From contig JAJYJA010000001.1 in assembly GCA_021789795.1 (NCBI GenBank), positions 1-37,466 of the forward strand: DNA of 37,466 nt, read 5' to 3'. Below, in pieces: positions 33,294-37,466 of this stretch. Below the pieces are notes generated by a model. The model had not been told where the DNA came from. It saw only the letters and a program-made list of their open reading frames with translations, and did no database searches. This DNA is from Deltaproteobacteria bacterium (lineage in GTDB: Bacteria; Desulfobacterota; Desulfobulbia; Desulfobulbales; VMSU01). Each line of letters begins with the position of its first letter. The stretch's first letter is position 1. The translations under genes and the position numbers were made by a program.

Positions 33294-34109
33294 ATGAATA
33301 TGCTCTTTCCCCTGACCTACCTTGGCTATCTCCTGGCCACCGCCACCTACCTCCTCTGGTTCATCAACCAGCAACGGACGGCGCGGCTGGCGGCCCGCTG
33401 GCTGCTCACCGCCGCCGGCATCCTGCACACCTTGAACCTGGGGGCCAGGTATTTCGAGGCCGGCCACACCCCGATCAGCAACATGCACGAGGCGGTCTCC
33501 TTCTTCGCCTGGTCGATGACCTGGGGCTTCCTCATCTTCCGCTGGCGCTACCGGGTCAAGAATTTCGGCACCTTTGTCAGCGTCGGCATCAGTCTCTTGA
33601 TGACCGTCGCCGCCCTGGCCTCCAAGGAGGTCACCCCCCTGCCGCCGGCGATGCGCAGCCTCTGGCTGCCGGTGCACGCCTCCATCGCCCTGATGGCCAA
33701 CGCCTTTCTGGCCATGGGCTTCTGCGGCGGGGTCATGTACCTGCTGCAGGAGCGGGAGATCAAGTCCCGGCGCTTCGGCATCTTCTACGAGCGATTGCCC
33801 TCGCTGGAGGCCTTGGACAACTTAAATCAGCACTGCCTGTCCGCCGGCTTCCCGCTGCTTACCTTAGGCATCATCACCGGCTCCTTCTGGGCCAAGCAGG
33901 CCTGGGGCAGTTACTGGCAGTGGGACCCCAAGGAGACCTGGTCGCTGATCACCTGGTTCATCTACGCCGCCCTGTTGCACTTTAGGTTCACCATGGGCTG
34001 GCGGCGGCGACGGGCCGCGATCATGTCGATGATCGGCTTTGCCGCCGCCCTGTTCACCCTCTGGGGGGTCACCTATCTGCTGGGGGGGATCCACGCCTAT
34101 GTCGGCTGA
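33294..34109 (+). CDS. CcsA/HemX-like cytochrome c assembly family membrane protein
   Basis: Multi-TM protein with the Trp-rich motif WGSYWQWDPKETWSLITW. Positioned immediately upstream of, and overlapping, hemA. Confidence 0.8.
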   Translation: MNMLFPLTYLGYLLATATYLLWFINQQRTARLAARWLLTAAGILHTLNLGARYFEAGHTPISNMHEAVSFFAWSMTWGFLIFRWRYRVKNFGTFVSVGISLLMTVAALASKEVTPLPPAMRSLWLPVHASIALMANAFLAMGFCGGVMYLLQEREIKSRRFGIFYERLPSLEALDNLNQHCLSAGFPLLTLGIITGSFWAKQAWGSYWQWDPKETWSLITWFIYAALLHFRFTMGWRRRRAAIMSMIGFAAALFTLWGVTYLLGGIHAYVG

Positions 34110-35403
34110 TAGTCTGTTGATCGTCGGGGTCAACCACAAGGTGGCCCCGGTCGAGATCCGCGAGAAGCTGGCCCACAATGCGGGCTGCGAAAATCCGGTG
34201 GTGGCGATCAAGACCCTGCCCGGCTGCCGGGAGTGCTGTTTTCTGGGCACCTGCAACCGGGTGGAGGTGATCTGCGCCAGCGCCGCCCCCGAGGCCACCG
34301 CCCGGCTCATCCGCCAGCATCTGTTCTCCGGGGCCGGCCTGTCAGAGGCCGAGATCGAGCGTTACAGCTACCTGCACGTCGGGCGGCAGGCGGTCAATCA
34401 CCTCTTCCGGGTGGCGGCGAGCTTGGACTCCATGATCGTGGGCGAGCCGCAGATCCTGGGTCAGCTCAAGAAGGCCTACCGGGCCGCCGCCGAGCTCAAG
34501 ACCGTGGGCCCGGTGCTGAACAAGTTCATCAACAAGTCCTTCTCGGTGGCCAAGCGGGTGCGCACCGAGACCAACATCGGCGGCAGCGCGGTGTCGATCA
34601 GCTATGCGGCGGTGCAACTGGCCAAGAAGATCTTCGGCTCCCTAAACGACAAGCGGGTGATGCTGGTCGGGGCCGGCGAGATGGCGGAGCTGGCGGCGGA
34701 GCATCTAATCGCCCAAGGCATCGCCGGGGTGGTGGTGGCCAACCGCACCCTGGAGCGGGCCATCACCCTGGCCCAGCGCTTCAACGGCACCGCCGTCTCC
34801 CTGGAGGGCCTGAGCGGGGAGCTTGAGAACGTCGACATCCTGATCAGCTCCACCGGGGCCACCGGCCTGGTGCTGATGCGCGACGACGTCAAGCCCATCA
34901 TGCGCCAGCGGATGAACCGGCCCCTGTTTCTGATCGACATCGCGGTGCCCCGGGACCTCGACCCCAAGCTCAACGACTTGGACAACGTCTATCTCTACGA
35001 CATCGACAACCTGAAGGACGTGGTCGAGGTAAACAAGTCGGAGCGCCAGAAGGAGGCGGACAGCGCCAGCCGCATCGTGGACGAGGAGACCGCCAAGTTC
35101 CAGCTCTGGCTGGAGGGCATGGGGGTGACCCCGACCATCGTCGCCCTGCGCAACAAGGCCGATACCCTGCGCCAGGCGGAGCTGGAGAAGACCCTCTCGC
35201 AACTCAAGGAGCTCTCCCCCAAGCAGGTCAAGGCCATCGAGGTGCTGGCCGCCTCGCTGACCAACAAGATGCTCCACCACCCCATCGTTTTCCTCAAGGC
35301 CAAGGGCGGCCCGGAGGAACAGGCGGGCCGCCTGGACAGCATCCGGCAGATCTACGGCTTAGACCCTGAAGATTCGGACCTTGACGAGGAAGATCAGCTA
35401 TAA
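34099..35403 (+). CDS. hemA: Glutamyl-tRNA reductase
   Basis: LLIVGVNHKVAPVEIREKL, catalytic-Cys motif GTCNRVEV, SLDSMIVGEPQILGQ, NADPH motif VGAGEMAE. Start at ATG 34099 (11-nt overlap with the upstream gene). Confidence 0.95.
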   Translation: MSADSLLIVGVNHKVAPVEIREKLAHNAGCENPVVAIKTLPGCRECCFLGTCNRVEVICASAAPEATARLIRQHLFSGAGLSEAEIERYSYLHVGRQAVNHLFRVAASLDSMIVGEPQILGQLKKAYRAAAELKTVGPVLNKFINKSFSVAKRVRTETNIGGSAVSISYAAVQLAKKIFGSLNDKRVMLVGAGEMAELAAEHLIAQGIAGVVVANRTLERAITLAQRFNGTAVSLEGLSGELENVDILISSTGATGLVLMRDDVKPIMRQRMNRPLFLIDIAVPRDLDPKLNDLDNVYLYDIDNLKDVVEVNKSERQKEADSASRIVDEETAKFQLWLEGMGVTPTIVALRNKADTLRQAELEKTLSQLKELSPKQVKAIEVLAASLTNKMLHHPIVFLKAKGGPEEQAGRLDSIRQIYGLDPEDSDLDEEDQL

Positions 35404-35442
35404 CGAGGCGTTATCCTCCCCTCGTCCGGCTTGGAAAAGTTG

Positions 35443-35471
35443 TTGACTTAGATGATAATAATTACTAACAT
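35443..35471 (+). promoter_or_regulatory. Candidate promoter with an embedded Fur/PerR-type operator upstream of the Fur-family gene
   Basis: TTGACT (35443-35448), a 17-nt spacer, then TAACAT (35466-35471). The spacer contains TGATAAT-A-ATTACTA (35453-35467), which matches the 7-1-7 Fur-box core TGATAATnATTATCA at 12 of 14 positions. Confidence 0.5.
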
Positions 35472-35501
35472 GGCCCAAACAGGCGGCTACGGCTTATCTC
35501 C

Positions 35502-35903
35502 ATGCTAGAAGATACCTCGCTTAGAATGACCAGGCAGCGGCGGGTGATTTTGGAGGAGCTGCGCGCCGTGACCTCGCATCCCACCGCCGACGAGATGTAC
35601 GAGATGGTGCGACGGCGACTGCCCAAGGTCAGCCTGGGCACGGTCTATCGCAACCTCGAAATCCTGGCCGAGAGCGGGGTGGTGCTGAAGATCGATGTCG
35701 GCGGCACCAAGAAGCGTTTCGACGGCAACGTGGCCGTGCACCACCACCTGCGGTGCGTGGCCTGCGGCCGGGTGGACGACGTGGAGCTGGACCCGGGGGT
35801 TGACCTGGAGGCCTTGGCCGCCGCCCGGACGGACTACGACATCCTCAGGCACCGGCTGGAGTTCGTGGGCGTCTGTCCGGCCTGCAAGGCCAAGGAGGGC
35901 TAG
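35502..35903 (+). CDS. Fur-family metalloregulator (PerR-like by context)
   Basis: RMTRQRRVILEEL...HPTADEMY...VSLGTVYRNLE, HHHL.C..CG and C.AC structural Zn site. Followed by rbr-dfx-ftn. Confidence 0.85.
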   Translation: MLEDTSLRMTRQRRVILEELRAVTSHPTADEMYEMVRRRLPKVSLGTVYRNLEILAESGVVLKIDVGGTKKRFDGNVAVHHHLRCVACGRVDDVELDPGVDLEALAAARTDYDILRHRLEFVGVCPACKAKEG

Positions 35904-35917
35904 GGGCGGGATTAGGC

Positions 35918-35946
35918 TTGCCGGGCAGCGGGGATCGGCCTATAAT
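35918..35946 (+). promoter_or_regulatory. Candidate sigma70-type promoter of rbr-dfx-ftn
   Basis: TTGCCG (35918-35923), a 17-nt spacer, then a perfect TATAAT (35941-35946). The region shares the heptamer ATAATAA with the operator candidate at 35455-35461. Confidence 0.45.
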
Positions 35947-35999
35947 AAAACTGGCGCTTTGACAACAATTTTTCCACCAACTGACCAAGGAGAACGCGC

Positions 36000-36575
36000 A
36001 TGGCAAGATTAAAGGGAACCGAAACCGAAAAGAACCTCTTAAAGGCCTTCGCCGGCGAGTCCCAGGCCCGCAACCGCTACACCTACTTCGCCTCCGTGGC
36101 CCGCAAGGAGGGCTACGTCCAGATGTCGCAGATCTTCGAGGAGACGGCCAACCAGGAGAAGGAACACGCCAAGCGGCTCTTCAAACTCCTGGAGGGCGGG
36201 GAATTGGAGATTGCCGCCAGCTTCCCCGCCGGGGTCATCGGCACCACCGTGGAGAACCTCAAGGCCGCCGCCGCGGGCGAGCATTACGAGCACACCCTCA
36301 TGTATCCGGACTTCGCCAAGGTGGCCAAGGCGGAGGGCTTCCCGGACATCGCCTATATCTTTATGGCCATCGCGGTGGCGGAGAAGCAGCACGAGAAGCG
36401 CTATCTCGATCTGGCGGCCAACATCGAGGCCGGCCGGGTCTTTAAGCGGGAGGGCCGGGTCACCTGGCGCTGCGCCAACTGCGGCTACCTGCACGAGGGC
36501 AACGAGGCCCCGGAAACCTGCCCGGCCTGCGCCCACGGCCAGGCTCACTTCGAGTTGCTGGCCGAGAACTGGTAA
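36000..36575 (+). CDS. rbr: Rubrerythrin
   Basis: [35 protein letters not shown], and the C-terminal rubredoxin-like WRCANCGY...CPACAH. Confidence 0.95.
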   Translation: MARLKGTETEKNLLKAFAGESQARNRYTYFASVARKEGYVQMSQIFEETANQEKEHAKRLFKLLEGGELEIAASFPAGVIGTTVENLKAAAAGEHYEHTLMYPDFAKVAKAEGFPDIAYIFMAIAVAEKQHEKRYLDLAANIEAGRVFKREGRVTWRCANCGYLHEGNEAPETCPACAHGQAHFELLAENW

Positions 36576-36614
36576 GGCCGCGTCCCATCCCATAATCCCA
36601 AAGGAGGAAGCGTA

Positions 36615-36989
36615 ATGGCAAAGCAAAATGAGATCTACCGTTGTGAACTGTGCGGCAACATGGTCGAGATGGTGCATGTCGGCGGCGGCGAGCTGGTCTG
36701 CTGCGGCCAGCCGATGACCCTGCTTGCCGAAAACAGCGTGGACGCCGCCAAGGAGAAGCACGTCCCGGTGATCGAGAAGGTGGCGGGCGGGGTGAAGGTC
36801 AAGGTGGGGGCGGTGGCCCACCCCATGACCGAGGCCCACTTCATCGAATTCATCGAGCTGATCGCCGGGGCGGCGGTCTATCGGCAGGACTTAAAGCCCG
36901 GCGCCGCCCCCGAGGCCTTCTTCGCCGTCCAGGCGGACAACCTCTCGGCCCGGGCCTACTGCAACCTGCACGGCCTGTGGAGGAGTTAG
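36615..36989 (+). CDS. dfx: Desulfoferrodoxin (2Fe superoxide reductase)
   Basis: Desulforedoxin-like N-terminus [13 protein letters not shown]....[11 protein letters not shown] domain KHVPVIEK....HPM...[17 protein letters not shown]. Confidence 0.93.
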   Translation: MAKQNEIYRCELCGNMVEMVHVGGGELVCCGQPMTLLAENSVDAAKEKHVPVIEKVAGGVKVKVGAVAHPMTEAHFIEFIELIAGAAVYRQDLKPGAAPEAFFAVQADNLSARAYCNLHGLWRS

Positions 36990-36992
36990 GCC

Positions 36993-37466
36993 ATGCTGAG
37001 CGAGCGGATGCAGGGGGCGCTAAACGAGCAGATCAATGCCGAGCTGTACTCTTCCTACCTCTACCTGGCGATGAGCTCGCATTTTTCCTCGCTGAACCTG
37101 GCGGGCATGGCGAGCTGGATGCGGGTGCAGGTGCAGGAGGAGCTGTTTCACGCCATCAAGATGTACGACTTTGTCAACGAACGCGGCGGCCGGGCGATGA
37201 TGAAGGCCATCAGCCAGCCGCCGGGGGCCTGGGACTCGCCTTTAGCGGTCTTTGAGGCCGGGCTGGATCACGAGCGCAAGGTCACCGGCCTGATCAACAA
37301 CTTGGTCGATGTGGCCATCGCCGAGCGGGATCACGCCACCTCCATCTTCCTGCAGTGGTTCGTCACCGAGCAGGTCGAGGAGGAGGCCAACGCCAGCGGC
37401 ATCGTCAGCAAGCTCAGGATGATCGGCCATGACGCCAGCAGCCTCTTCGCCCTGGATCAGGAGCTG
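36993..37466 (+). CDS. ftn: Ferritin (non-haem, Ftn-type), 3-prime end beyond the window
   Basis: ATG 36993, open in frame to the window end (158 codons; absent from the ORF track because no stop is reached). LNEQINAELYSSYLYLAMS, QEELFHAIKMYDF, FLQWFVTEQVEEE. Confidence 0.88.
   Translation, partial: MLSERMQGALNEQINAELYSSYLYLAMSSHFSSLNLAGMASWMRVQVQEELFHAIKMYDFVNERGGRAMMKAISQPPGAWDSPLAVFEAGLDHERKVTGLINNLVDVAIAERDHATSIFLQWFVTEQVEEEANASGIVSKLRMIGHDASSLFALDQEL

Overview
GC-rich bacterial chromosomal segment. Desulfoferrodoxin, rubrerythrin, a RACo-like corrinoid activator and a split atp operon suggest an anaerobic, sulfate/sulfur-reducer-like Deltaproteobacterium (inference only). I call about 40 protein genes, mostly housekeeping: rpe, an MCP, glyS, LemA/TPM/TPM, a RACo-like ASKHA protein, a PRTase, a double M16 peptidase, lgt, trxAB, bamD, hemL, atpZ-I-B-E, rimO, an IHF-like protein, rluB, a UbiD-family decarboxylase, yjbQ, sirC-like/ccsA-like/hemA, and a Fur-family/rbr/dfx/ftn oxidative-stress cluster. 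I saw no rRNA, tRNA or CRISPR. Many long Arg/Pro/Gly/Ala-rich ORFs in the track are antisense or alternate-frame artefacts of the high GC content. Three things stand out. (1) A family of hairpin miniature transposable elements with GTAAC...GTTAC termini and 8-bp target-site duplications, an IS66-like signature. There are three full copies plus one edge fragment, all in the same orientation; one lies between atpB and atpE and two bracket trxAB. (2) A tightly packed 4-gene operon at 164-3972. It encodes three FlgO/LpoB-like periplasmic paralogs and a bitopic protein whose acidic N-terminus carries four FliM-N-terminus-like (LSQxEIDALL) CheY-P docking motifs, ahead of a TM helix and Ig/PKD-like domains. 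This is my best candidate for an undescribed chemotaxis-output system. (3) An orphan MamK-family actin, translationally adjacent to a membrane-anchored coiled-coil protein, with no magnetosome genes nearby. All functional calls rest on motif recognition by eye; no database search was run.
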